Positions 1-62,500 of a stretch of DNA of 64,000 nucleotides are shown here, piece after piece (positions within the stretch are counted from its first letter, which is position 1; the number at the start of each line of letters is the position of its first letter). Source of the stretch: Flaccisagitta enflata. Lineage: Eukaryota. The stretch spans positions 43,586,001-43,650,000 of the forward strand of contig OZ231126.1 in the NCBI GenBank assembly GCA_965153355.1, given 5' to 3'. The translations under genes were made by a program, and so were the position numbers. The notes below the pieces were generated by a model. That model did not search any database. It was not told the DNA's origin and saw nothing but the letters and a program-made list of their open reading frames with translations.

Positions 1-1284
1 CGTAATATTAGTAATGAGATTATCTTCTTCTTAATGGTTTTTCTCTGCCATTCCTTCTCCTGATTTATTATCGTTTGCACGTGAAGGGGAAAAGCGGGTA
101 CAAAGCGCCGTCTGACGTTCGGGGTCGCCGACCGTAATCTTTACGGACTTTCGTTCACTCATTCCATTAAGTCGTTCATTCATTCATTAGCTCATAAGTT
201 AAATCATTCATTGATTCATTCATTCATTCATTCATTTATTCATTCATTCATTCATTCATTCATTCATTCATTCATTCATTCTTTCATTCATTGGCTCATT
301 CATTCATTCGTTCATTCGCTCAATAAGTCATTCATTCATTCGTTCATTCGCTTAATCAGTCATTCGTTTCATTCAGTCAGTCAGTCAGTCAGTCAGTCAG
401 TCAGTCAGCCATTAACCCGTTTTTTTTTTCAAGCATTTTCTCTCATTGTGACGCAAACTTGATAAGTTTCCTTGACCCTTGCCCCCTTCCATCTATCTGT
501 CAAGTAGAGAAGTAAAGCCGTCACATAAAAACGCTCGCTTATAAGTCTTACCCGGCTTCTTACACGTCTTAGAATTCAACTTGTAACGTCCAGTTTTTTT
601 TTCTCGCATTATTGAACGGAAAGAAATCAAGACACAAGTCGAAATGAAACTCTACTGATTGAGGGATATGAAGAGAAACTATTTTTTTCCTTTGTCCATG
701 TAATCCGGATGATGGAGCATGCTTCGTTCAGCACTCACTCCTTGGTTATAGTACTTTGTAGTTTTGAATCAATCCAAAGTCCCATTAATTTGCATTTTTT
801 ATGTATGGAAATGACTAGAATGACATTATCACTTTTCTCGTGTAACAATCTTACCTCCCTCCGTAAAAGTGTTTTATTCCAACCATCGCTATAACCGCCA
901 TAATCGCCATAACCGCCATAACCCCCAATCATACGCGGAGGGCATATATCTTCCCAACCTAGACCCCATTCCTAAAAGCCATTACCTTCCATTATTGTGT
1001 CGAAGTTAGCACAACCTCTCCTCCCTTCCCCCACATCCTCTCAACCACCCTTCTTTGTGGGTGAATCCCGCCTTCAGCGTCTGCGTCTTGGTTGACCTTC
1101 TTGACTTCCGGTATTGGCCTTTATTCTCTCTTTGCCCGCATTTTCAGCAGCGCGCTTAACTGAAGACTTAGGAAAACCAAAAAGGGAAAACACATCGACT
1201 CCAAAGTCTAATCCCAAGCTAAGCGTTCAACCCAAATTATCTCTTCCATCCCTTTGGAAATTGTCAAAGCCCTCTCGCGCTTTT

Positions 1285-1451
<167 letters not shown>

Positions 1452-1744
1452 AATCCTACTTGGCATGGTCAAGACCTCATTTTTCATGCCTTCGTCTCGT
1501 ATTCATATCGTCGAGTTGTGTTTTCAAAAGACCCGGCCTTACTACGCAAAAGCTTTCAATGAAATTCCTACCTTAAAGAATCCAAAAGGGCGATCACAGG
1601 CATACGAAGCAAAGGATTGGCTATCGCTTTTGAGATGCGCCTTCAGGCCTTCACGCATTTAGTACAGTCTACAGACTACACTCTGCTTCTGTCCGTCCAT
1701 TCGTACATTGCCCCATCACTGTGTCCCTCATTTTATACTTATAT

Positions 1745-2092
1745 ATTAGCCCAACAATTATTTACCCAAAGTCATATGAAAGTTCTCTATCAAAGGGATA
1801 TAGCTCAAAATCATGTATAGAGATGATCCATGAAAAAAATTTTGCGATAGGATCCCTATAAACTATACATATATGGCCGCCACCCACCCCCTCCCCCATA
1901 ATGACTATAGGAAACCCTGGAGGCCACGTCCATCCCATACATTTTCTATGGGAATATGAAGGGGGTGGCGGCCATAGTTTATAAGGGTCCATGGCTAAAT
2001 TCTTTTCTTGAACCATCTTTATGCATAATTTTGAGCTATATCCCTCTGTTAGAGAACTTTTCTATGACTTTGTGCAAATTCTTGTTATGCTA
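1745..2092. repeat. Degenerate long inverted repeat (old foldback element)
   Basis: caaagtcatatgaaagttctctatcaaagggatatagctcaaaat... pairs with ...attttgagctatatccctctgttagagaacttttctatgactttg; centre near 1925. Confidence 0.75.
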
Positions 2093-2235
2093 TTATGTAT
2101 CTTGTTTACTATCGAGTTAAGGCACCATGGTGGCACTATTTCATCCCTATTACACTTTTTCACCCTTTTTTGTCTCGATTCTTTTTTCGTTTTTGCCCTT
2201 GAACTTTCTATCTTTTTGCCCGAGTTCACCTTTTT

Positions 2236-2730
2236 GGGCAGCGGCCCCAAAGGGCCGATGTCCTGTAGGACACAGGGGTGAATTTCCAGACGTCCGTACG
2301 TCCGTACGTCCCCCCCCCCCCCGAAGCTTCTCAAGCCTCAAATTCCCATTGAATAACATGGGAAATTGACAAAATACAAACTTCTCATTGAATAACATAG
2401 AAAATTAACAAAAAAGTGAAAAATTGCTTGATTCCCATTGAATAACATAGAAAATAATGAAAATTGAGAAAAAATGTAAAATTCCTATTGAATAACATGG
2501 TAAATTGACAAGAAATTGAAAAAATGCAAAATTCCTATTGAATAACATGGAAAGTTGCCACCAAGGCCTCAAATATGCCCTCTCAGGACGTCTGGAAATT
2601 CACCCCTGTGTCCTACAGGACATCGGCCCTTTGGGGCCGCTGCCCTGCTCTCACTCCAATTCTTCAGCTAATCACTCCAAGCAGGGCATCGGGTACCGCT
2701 GACCATGTGCGATCCTTGGATGACTTGTTT
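2236..2730 (+). mobile_element. HINE/DINE-1-like non-autonomous Helentron element, family I subfamily A
   Basis: Perfect 60-bp inverted repeat (2236-2295 / 2586-2645); GTCC/GTAC microsatellite; internal ~39-bp cccattgaataacat repeats; 3' hairpin TGCCCTGCT..AGCAGGGCA; T-rich insertion site. Confidence 0.75.
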
Positions 2731-2863
2731 GTACTCAACCCTTCCTCCCTTTTCCTCAATTTCCTCTCTTCCTTTTTTTCTTCCACCTTTTTTTTCATCC
2801 CACGTCGTTTTTCCATTTAACACTCAAAACGACTTCCGAGTTTTTCCTGAGTTTTAAAAATTG

Positions 2864-3018
<155 letters not shown>

Positions 3019-4646
3019 CCTCGTGTTCATAAAATAGAGAAAAGTCTCTCTCGTTTATCCATAGCCCAGATGTCTGCTGGGAATTTCTGAGCAGTGGGCA
3101 TTCGGTCCTTTGTTTTCCCTTATGACAGCTTCCCTCCGAAGGCAACATTTGTGTTTCAAAGAGGGTAAAAATGGAAATTGTAAATGAATGGAACTAAAAA
3201 AACAGGTGAATGAAAGTGATTCAGATGGCTTAGACATAATATTTAAAAGAAAAATTTGCATCTATTCAGAAAAAAAGACCAAGTTTAGCCAATGTTTCTT
3301 AAAAAGATTTATTGAAAATTTCTACTTTTTTCATTTTTGGTCACTCACAGGGGGTCGGTCAAAATTCTAAATTTGCATAAAAAAAGAAAAAATGAAAAAA
3401 CAAAGAACATAGTTCTCTTACTAAATCGATTGCAGAGAGAACTATGTTTTTCAAAATGCAAAATTTCCCCGTGTTTGGCTTTCTTAGAATTTAGACCACA
3501 GAGAATGAAAAAAATTGTAAGCAGAAATTTGCTGAAAACTGTCATTTTTCTGTTTGTTTTCATCAGAATAGCATAGTTCAAATCACTTTTTAGGTCAGAA
3601 TATGATTAAATGGTATATACCAAGTGTCTTTAGAGACAATTTTTCCACTAAAAGCATCCCAGCTTCATTATTCTCCTGAAAATAATGCAAAAAGTATGGC
3701 GAAACACTTTATTTTTCTTCGAAAATTTGCCGTCTTATATTTTCCTCCTTCAATGTATAAAGATAAAATTAACATAATTCGTTGTTTCATCTTACTTTTT
3801 CCAAGCATTCTCGGTAAAACATCCTCTTATATCATTAGTTATTCCATATCTAACAATAGATTATCCATCTGCCCTCTCTTGATTATTGAACCGTGAGTGT
3901 AATGAACCATTGTCACTCTCATGTTCCCATCTACAAGAGGGAGAGAACTGAAAAAAATGCTTTAAACCCACCTGGGCGTCTCTACTTTCTCCTTCCCTCA
4001 TGGTCTGTTTTGACTTTCCCCCATTTTTTTGTGCCATTTTTTTTTTTGCACCGAGTTGGCGTGAGATGAATGCTTGACGAAGTCACGTTGTCTATAGAAG
4101 TCCAAACCAATCACCAAAAGCGTCTTTCAAGTCCATTCAAATTGTCCAAACAAACGGACATAACAAATGCAAACGAGGCCAAAGGTGTGCCGGCAGTTGC
4201 ACAGGTGCCTCTGGCCCCTATTTTGAGGGAGGGTTCATTTTGTGCAGGGTTGAATGCATAATGATAGGATTTCGAGGACCTGGTCATAAAAGGAGGATGA
4301 AAAAAACAAGAACAAGATGCACAGATGCATGGACAGATGAATAGACAAGAAGATAAATCTTTCAATGTACAGTATTATGGCCTCTGAACTCTGAAGTGAA
4401 ATGAGCGCCCTAACCCCTGTCCCCAGGAAACACCAGGAGTGGATTTTTGTTTTTATCCGTAAGATGATCATTGCCAAAACAAGAAGTTGAAAAATGCTAT
4501 CAGAAGAGCTCCTAGAGAGAGAAAATGACACACTAGTGGGTCTACTGTTATAACATAAACTTATTCACAAGTCTTCAGTTCCCCTGTTGGAGTTATTTTG
4601 TATCTACGCACGTTTGACTTCAATCAATTTCCTACTTTTTCCAATT

Positions 4647-4765
<119 letters not shown>

Positions 4766-4807
4766 CATCCTCATCCTCATCCTCTCTCTTATTTCTCTCT
4801 CTTCCAG

Positions 4808-53815
<49,008 letters not shown>

Positions 53816-53816
53816 G

Positions 53817-53817
53817 C

Positions 53818-53901
<84 letters not shown>

Positions 53902-54119
53902 AACAACATTGAAGTGGTGGCGTGATTTAAAAATGGTCTTTTCAGACTTGTGTTACATTTGTTGTTATTAGTCGTAGGATTGTTATAAAATGATTTACAT
54001 AGACTGACACCGGTTTCCCGAGTCACTTTTACTCCGTAAGTCTAGTTTGCTGAACTCACGAGCACAATTTCACTCTGGTCCAAGTAGACTGAAAAACTAC
54101 ATACAACACCTGTAATAGA

Positions 54120-54199
<80 letters not shown>

Positions 54200-54303
54200 C
54201 CAACTACAACAACCAACAACAACCAACTACAACTACTACACGAGCACAATTTCACTCTGGTCCAAATGTACTGCAAACAAAAACAACAACCACAACCACC
54301 ACC

Positions 54304-54372
<69 letters not shown>
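53817..54372. repeat. Three (CAA)n tracts in the proximal 3' UTR
   Basis: The first tract begins 2 nt after the stop codon. Confidence 0.95.
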
Positions 54373-55557
54373 TGAATCAAGACGACGAACACAAAGATGT
54401 CTTTGTTGCGCCACACAATCTTTCTCCACTTTCATCGTCGATTTTTGTGATACCGCGCGGAAGCAGCGATTATCCCCCGCCTTAAAAGAATATAACAAAA
54501 TTCACAAATATTTTCGGTGCTGTTATTAGGTTATTCTTGAATACCGCTTAGAATTAGTTCACACACACGCTCTACCCACAGTTAGAGAAAAAAACCACAA
54601 ACAAAACAAATGCCGTCCCGCTAAAAAAAGAAAAAAAAATACCATTGATTTTTTTTTTATTTTTCGTTTTTATCTTTCGTGAAAATGACTGTAATTTTCC
54701 CTCTCTCTTCAACCCATGTCTCTTATGCCTCCCTAACTACTTTCTTTCCCTCCACTACACTCTAGTTGGACGTTAACAGAAAAAAAAAGTGTTTTTCAAT
54801 GTCTTTACTTTTGCGCAGTGTTTCCCATCATCCCTTCTCTATCACATGCTACTCGATGTTCACCCTCCGTCTCGTACATTGAGCTTCAAGTTTGGGCTGA
54901 AGTTATTAAAAAACGCTGAAAGAAGAAGGCAGCTACAATTTTTAAAAAAATGATTTTAGATTGGCAACATGAAATGATGATTTTTATTCATACCATGTTT
55001 CTTAGAATGTTTCAAAAAAAAATACTAACAGTTTCATCTATCTCACGCGAAAAACAAGAATAAATTTTTCAGTAATGGCGACTTACTGTCAATTCATTTC
55101 ATAAATGGATCTTTTCCAGACAGAATGGCGGCAATGAAACATAGTGAAAGATAAGCGATCACTACTATACCCATTGTGTTGAAGTTTTAATGCGGCGCTT
55201 ATATCTCTGCAAACAGTTGTAGTAATTTTTCCTTCCCACTCTCTCTTTCTCAAATTTCCACATTTGTTGAACTTTTTACACACCCTCTTCCCTCCCCTCC
55301 CCGCCATTCGCCGTGTAACTTTTGAAGAAAAAAAAACAACTGAAAATTTGAAAAAAAATTTCGAATGTTTTTAACATCATGTTGATGTGATCTTTAAATG
55401 AATGATTCAAATATAGATACAAAAAACGACGAGACGCCCGGAGACGGTGCCGATATGGACTGAGTTGATTGCTTATCACGCGACAGCGCCGAGGAATACA
55501 AACTTGCTTATTAGCTCATAGTCGTTGTCGGCGCACAATAAAGTAGTAGTGTTTTGT

Positions 55558-55641
<84 letters not shown>

Positions 55642-55966
55642 CCGCGAGTCAATTCTCGATGCACTTATGACGTTGTCTCTTTTTAGTCAAATTGTTGTAT
55701 GTCTCGCATACTTGCCTTTTATGGTGGTGCTTGTGTGAAATATTTTCCCTCTCCATCTACCCCTTACTTCCTGGGCTCTATCTCCTTCTCTTTTTTCTCT
55801 CTGCTCTCTATTTCTCTTTGCTCTGTTTTCCCCCTTCTTTCCCCTTTTCCCCCCTCAAATGCTCATTTTTATTTTTTGCAATTATTGTCCGATTGAATCT
55901 GTTAGTGTAAATCAATTGAGGGTTTTCTAATTATTGTTGATGTTATGTATCTTGTAAAGAAATTGA

Positions 55967-55972
55967 ATTAAA
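55967..55972 (+). promoter_or_regulatory. Candidate polyadenylation signal (ATTAAA) of the plexin 3' UTR
   Basis: ATTAAA followed ~20 nt later by a GT/T-rich stretch (cttgtgtttt), just before TE-rich sequence resumes. AATAAA also occurs near 55059 and 55536. Confidence 0.3.
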
Positions 55973-56241
55973 ACCTCCTTTTATACAGCGCTTGTGTTTT
56001 CATTGCCCGTACTGGGCTCTTTGGCTCCAAAATTAGTTAACCCTTTACGGCATAAAACTCAGCAAAGACAAGAAGTATTGTGAATTTTGTTGCGCATGAT
56101 ATCAGAAAGTACATGTTAGGCAGAAAATCGTGACTATGGGTCCTGGACTGGCAGTAGACGTAGTGTAGAACTGTGGATTCATTAAAAATTGCACTTGGAT
56201 GAAACCTTTTGATCATGAAGACGCTAAGAGCGTGCTTGGTA

Positions 56242-56839
56242 ACAGGGTGTCCAATAAATTTGGCAAAAACATTATTTCTCTAAAACCATATTTTTAAGTG
56301 ACCTAGTAAGTTAAAATCTCGATGTACCACCCCAATTAGTTCTATAAGATGTTAGAATGCGCAGTTTTTCATATGGGTTTGCCTGGTTTGAAAGGAAACA
56401 AGTTATGCCTATGATAAACTTTCCAATTTTGTGGGACTTTCACCGATAAAATATGGCAGAGAATAGTAACTTTTTAACCATGTTTGACATCAAATTTTGT
56501 ACCCAAAAAAGGACAATAAACAGGTGGGTATGCATCATTAAAGCAGGACAGTTCATCTTACTCAAAATTGGCCCAAGGCTTTGAAACAAGTCCGCTAGAA
56601 TAATCTATGATCAACCATCCATTTTTTTTCCCATCAAAGCCAATTTTTTCCAGGCTTTAATTGAACTTCTTCTTCCTTGTACTGATCTTTTGATTTGGAT
56701 TTTTATTGCCTGTTGGATAGTAGATATTCACAACTAACCAACCTTTATTTTTTACTATTATTTTGATGGAAAAGATCAGTTCAAGATAGTTTTTTCAATG
56801 TCCTTTATAAAATTTTGCCAAATTTATTGGACACCCTGT
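56242..56839. mobile_element. Tc1/mariner-type MITE
   Basis: Perfect 27-bp TIR ACAGGGTGTCCAATAAATTTGGCAAAA; TA on both sides. Confidence 0.85.
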
Positions 56840-57124
56840 TAGATACTGACAAAACTTCATGAGGCACAGATACCAAAACGGAACGTACCGTTTAGCCCTG
56901 TTGCAATAGAATTGCTTATCTGGAAAAAAGTCGAAGAAAACCTTCGGCCTTTTGAGACCCGCCGAGGTATTACATATTTTTTTTTAGGAGTTTGTTGATC
57001 AGCTTCAGGGGTTGAATGGGACTATGCATAAATTTACAATATTTTCTTTATTATGAAGCTTTGAACTTAATCGTCATATTATGCATATGGATTTTTTAGC
57101 TATTTGCATTCAAATCTGATCATG

Positions 57125-57176
57125 CAAGCTTGCTTGATCCTATAGAAAGGAGAGTGGAATGGAAAGGGGAAGGGGA

Positions 57177-57241
<65 letters not shown>

Positions 57242-57353
57242 AAAAAAGACAAACAAAGAGACAGACAGGCAAAGAAAAATACAAAGAGAGAATGACCATC
57301 AAGCTTGCTTGATCCTATAGAAAGGAGAGTAGAATGGAAAGGGGAAGGGGAAT

Positions 57354-57423
<70 letters not shown>

Positions 57424-57475
57424 ACAAATAAAAAGACGGACAGGCAAAGAAAAATACAAAGAGAGAATGACCATC
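57125..57475. repeat. Tandem duplication of a ~175-bp unit containing (AG)n
   Basis: caagcttgcttgatcctatagaaagg...gagagaatgaccatc occurs twice. Confidence 0.9.
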
Positions 57476-57594
57476 TAGGTGAAAAGATCATATTTTTTGT
57501 TCGAGTTACATTTCCTTTTTTTTTCTTGTTAATGTGATAGAATTAAGTGACTGTAGTTAACATCCACTGTAGAATTTAGGGTCTGCATATGTAG

Positions 57595-57718
57595 TAGGGA
57601 TGTGAAAGCGATTGACCGCTTCCGTTTTAGAGGATGGGATAGCTACTAGTATTTTTACTACAAAACAGAAGCGGAAGCGGTGGAAGCGGCACCAAAATCG
57701 ACCGCTTCCACATCCCTA
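57595..57718. mobile_element. 124-bp hAT-type MITE
   Basis: TIR TAGGGATGTG(A/G)AAGCG; 8-bp TSD ATATGTAG / ATATGCAG (7/8); internal GAAGCGG repeats. Confidence 0.8.
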
Positions 57719-59108
57719 ATATGCAGTTGATCAGTTTACATGCATTAATTGAGAAAAATGTGGGGGTTATCAGATACCTGCAAAGTGTTCTATGTTACCT
57801 AACTTATCAAAAGACGCTCTCATAAAGACGCTGTCACTTGATATGTCAGTCTGCCTGTGTCCAAGCACGTTGCTTGGAGGTGAAATAAAAAACGAGCTTA
57901 CCAGCAGCTTTTCCTGAAACATAGCACTATGCCTTTGATTATGAGTTGTGTTTTGTGATGAGGAAACATGTGGCTTTGCAACAACAGGCTATCCCTGATT
58001 TTTCTGCTGACAGGGGTGATTAAATATAAAGATCTTTGTTCCGAATTGTGCTATCTTATTCTATGACTGGATGCGGTACATCCAAGAAGCGCTTCTTTAA
58101 TTTCTTTTTTTTTTTTTTCTCTCTTTCTTTTTCTTCTTTTTTTCCTTTCTTTCTTTTCTTCTTCTTTTCTATTTGTCGTTTTCCTCTCTTTTCCTTTCTT
58201 CTTTTTTTTTCTTTTTTTCTTTTCTTCTTTTTCTTTGCTTCCTTTTCTTTTTCTTCGTCTTCTTCCTCTTCTTCTTCTCAATACCGTTACCGTCACGGCC
58301 AAGCAGCCTATTATCGTTTTAGGGCGACCCTGCCCTTTTTTCGCAACCGGAACGAACTCCCGGTTTCACGCTCCGGGCAGGTATTGACTTACATATCATT
58401 TTCTGCTTGGATATATGAAGGGACAAAGAATACCTTCTGGGCCAGTGAGATTGTAGCAATTTTGACACACATCGAAAGATTTTACGATTTAATGAATTTA
58501 AAATTTTTTATTTTGCTTGGTGAATCTCTTACCTTTTTGTGAACTGTAATCAGGGCTTTCAAACCTAATGTAAGAGTTTTAGTTTTCTTTCTCTCCCCCG
58601 AGACGCATCGGATTCAAGAGGCCGATTTTCTCATTCTTATGAAAGTTGAAGCAAAAACATTCTAGTGAATATTAATCCGGGGGGTGAATCTTATTTTCCC
58701 GAGCTCGAGCTCCGAGCTGCGATTTTGCTAAGTCCGGAGTCGATGTAAATATTAATTTGTTCCACCAACTATCGCCCTGATGCCATGGTGCCACCATGGA
58801 GACTCATGAGCTTTCCATAGGATGCCACACGCTCGCCGAATATCCAGACAGAGTCGAGGTGAATATTAGTTTGTTCCACTAGAGTCGATGTGAATATTAA
58901 TTTGTTCCACCAACCAACACCACATTGCCATGATGCTACAAACCAATTCAAGAGCTCGCCATAAGACGCCACATGCTCGCCAAATATTCTTCCATCCTTA
59001 TATTCATGTTGTCTCATGGTAAAGATTTGCGTCACTCGGAATATTAGCGCATTTTTGGATAACCACTCTTTGTAATATTCCATCTGTCTCAGGAGGATCT
59101 CAATCTTT

Positions 59109-59181
59109 GAGCTTCAGCAGGATTCGAACTGGTGACCTTGACATCTGCAGTCAAGCCACTTTCCCCTGGGCCACCGGAGCT
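59109..59181 (-). pseudogene. tRNA-Cys(GCA)-derived pseudogene or SINE head
   Basis: Minus strand reads GCTCCGG-TGGCCCAGGGG (A-box-like), TTGA-CTGCAGA-TG-TCAA (anticodon arm with 2 extra nt) and AGTTCGAATCC (B box). The T-stem and acceptor stem have mismatches. Confidence 0.6.
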
Positions 59182-59311
59182 GGGTGATATACAGAGGAAG
59201 AGTCGGGATCATTATCTTTTGCAGAAACTCAGAATGAGTCCATGGAAATATTATTTTATAAAATAAGGAAGATGAAATATTCACATTGACTCAATCGTTG
59301 ATGTACATAAC

Positions 59312-59478
<167 letters not shown>

Positions 59479-59501
59479 CTCTCTCTCTCCTTCTTTCTTT
59501 C

Positions 59502-62500
59502 TGTGACTGCCTACAGAATACAGATTACAGAATGATAGATGAAGATTGAACTTAGAACTACTCTGGATAATTGAAGTAATCTGAGGAGTATAAGTGACTG
59601 AGTCTATGTGAATATTCATCCATATATGTTGTGTCAATTTGTATTCCCATTGACTCATAGTGTGTGACTACCTTCAGAATACAGAATGATAAATGAAGAT
59701 TGAACTAAGAACTACTCTGGATAACTGAAGTGATCTGAGGAGTATAAGTGACTGAGTCTATGTGAATATTCATCCACTTATGTTGTGTCAATTTATATTC
59801 CCATTGACTCAAAGTGTGTGACTACCTTCAGAATACAGAATGATAGATGAAGATTGTACTAAGAACTACTCTGGATAACTGAAGTGATCTGAGGAGTATA
59901 AGTGACTGAGTCTATGTGAATATTCATCCATATATGTTGTGTCAATCAATATTCCCATTGACTCAAAGTGCGTGACTGCCTACAGAATACAGAATGATAG
60001 ATGAAGATTGAACTAATAACTACTCTGGATAACTGAAGTGATCTGAGGAGTATAAGTGACTGAGTCTATGTGAATATTCATCCATGTATGTTGTGTCAAT
60101 TAATGTTCCCATTGACTCAAAGTGTGTGACTACCTTCAGAATGCAGAATGATAGATGAAGATTGAAATAAGAACTACTCTGGATAATTGAAGTAATCTGA
60201 GGAGTATAAGTGACTGAGTCTATGTGAATATTCATCCATTTATGTTGTGTCAATTAATATTCCCATTGACTCATAGTGTGTGACTACCTTCAGAATACAG
60301 AATGATAGATGAAGATTGAACTAAGAACTACTCTGGATAACTGAAGTGATCTGAGGAGTATAAGTGACTGAGTCTATGTGAATATTCATCCATATATGTT
60401 GTGTCAATTAATACTCCCATTGACTCAAAGTGTGTGACTACCTTCAGAATACAGAATGATAGATGAAGATTGAACTAAGAACTACTTTGTATAACTGAAG
60501 TGATCTGAGGAGTATAAGTGACTGAGTCTATGTGAATATTCATCCATGTATGTTGTGTCAATTAATATTCCCATTGACTCATAGTGTGTGACTACCTTCA
60601 GAATACAGAATGATAGATGAAGATTGAACTAAGAACTACTCTGGATAACTGAAGTGATCTGAGGAGTATAAGTGACTGAGTCTATGTGAATATTCATCCA
60701 TATATGTTGTGTCAATTAATGTTCCCATTGACTCAAAGTGTGTGACTACCTTCAGAATACAGTATGATAGATAAAGATTGAACTAAGAACTACTCTGGAT
60801 AATTGAAGTAATCTGAGGAGTATAAGTGACTGAGTCTATGTGAATATTCATCCATATATGTTGTGTCAATTTGTATTCCCATTGATTCATAGAGTGTGAC
60901 TACCTTCAGAATACAGAATGATAGATGAAGATTGAACTAAGAACTACTCTGGATAACTGAAGTGATCTGAGGAGTATAAGTGACTGAGTCTATGTGAATA
61001 TTCATCCATATTTGTTGTGTCAATTAATATTCCCATTGACTCATTGAGTGTTACTACCTACAGAATACAGAATGATAGATGAAGATTGAACTAAGAACTA
61101 CTCTGGATAACTGAAGTGATCTGAGGAGTATAAGTGACTGAGTCTATGTGAATATTCATCCATATATGTTGTGTCCATTAATATTCCCATTGACTCATAG
61201 AGTGTGACTACCTTCAGAATACAGAATGATAGATGAAGATTGAACTAAGAACTACTCTGGATAACTGAAGTGATCTGAGGAGTATAAGTGACTGAGTCTA
61301 TGTGAATATTCATCCATATATGTTGTGTCAATCAATATTCCCATTGACTCAATATGTGTGACTACCTTCAGAATACAGAATGATAGATAAAGATTGAACT
61401 AAGAACTACTCTGGATAATTGAAGTAATCTGAGGAGTATAAGTGACTGAGTCTACGTGAATATTCATCCATATATGTTTTGTCAATTAATATTCCCATTG
61501 ACTCATAGAGTGTGACTACCTTCAGAATACAGAATGATAGATGAAGATTGAACTAAGAACTACTCTGGATAACTGAAGTGATCTGAGGAGTATAAGTGAC
61601 TGAGTCTATGTGAATATTCATCCATATATGTTGTGTCAATTAATATTCCCATTGACTCATTGAGTGTGACTACCTTCAGAATACAGAATGATAGATAAAA
61701 ATTGAACTAAGAACTATTCTGGATAATTGAAGTAATCTGAGGAGTATAAGTGACTGAGTCTATGTGAATATTCATCCATATATGTTGTGTTAATTAATAT
61801 TCCCATTGACTCATAGAGTGTGACTACCTTCAGAATGCAGAATGATAGATGAAGATTGAACTAAGAACTACTCTGGATAACTGAAGTGATCTGAGGAGTA
61901 TAAGTGACTGAGTCTATGTGAATATTCATCCATATATGTTGTGTCAATCAATATTCCCATTGACTCAATGTGTGTGACTACCTTCAGAATACAGAATGAT
62001 AGATAAAGATTGAACTAAGAACTACTCTGGATAATTGAAGTTATCTGAGGAGTATAAGTGACTGAGTCTATGTGAATATTCATCCATATATGTTGTGTCA
62101 ATTAATATTCCCATGGACTCATTGAGTGTGACTACCTTCAGAATACAGAATGATAGATGAAGATTGTACTAAGAACTACTCTGGATAACTGAAGTGATCT
62201 GAGGAGTATAAGTGACTGAGTCTATGTGAATATTCATCCATATATGTTGTGTCAATTAATATTCCCATTGACTCATAGTGTGTGACTACCTTCAGAATAC
62301 AGAATGATAGATGAAGATTGAACTAAGAACTACTCTGGATAACTGAAGTGATCTGAGGAGTATAAGTGACTGAGTCTATGTGAATATTCATCCATATATG
62401 TTGTGTCAATTAATATTCCCATTGACTCAAAGTGTGTGACTACCTCCAGAATACAGAATGATAGATAAAGATTGAACTAAGAACTTCTCTGGATAATTGA

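Noticed and set aside
735..932. Minus-strand KLMGLWIDSKL, resembling the end of a LINE reverse transcriptase
   Set aside because: It is a single short motif with no adjacent RT motifs; too weak without a search.
3060..4600. Non-repetitive block that looks like decayed DNA-transposon sequence
   Set aside because: No TIR pair, TSD or transposase motif could be identified by eye.
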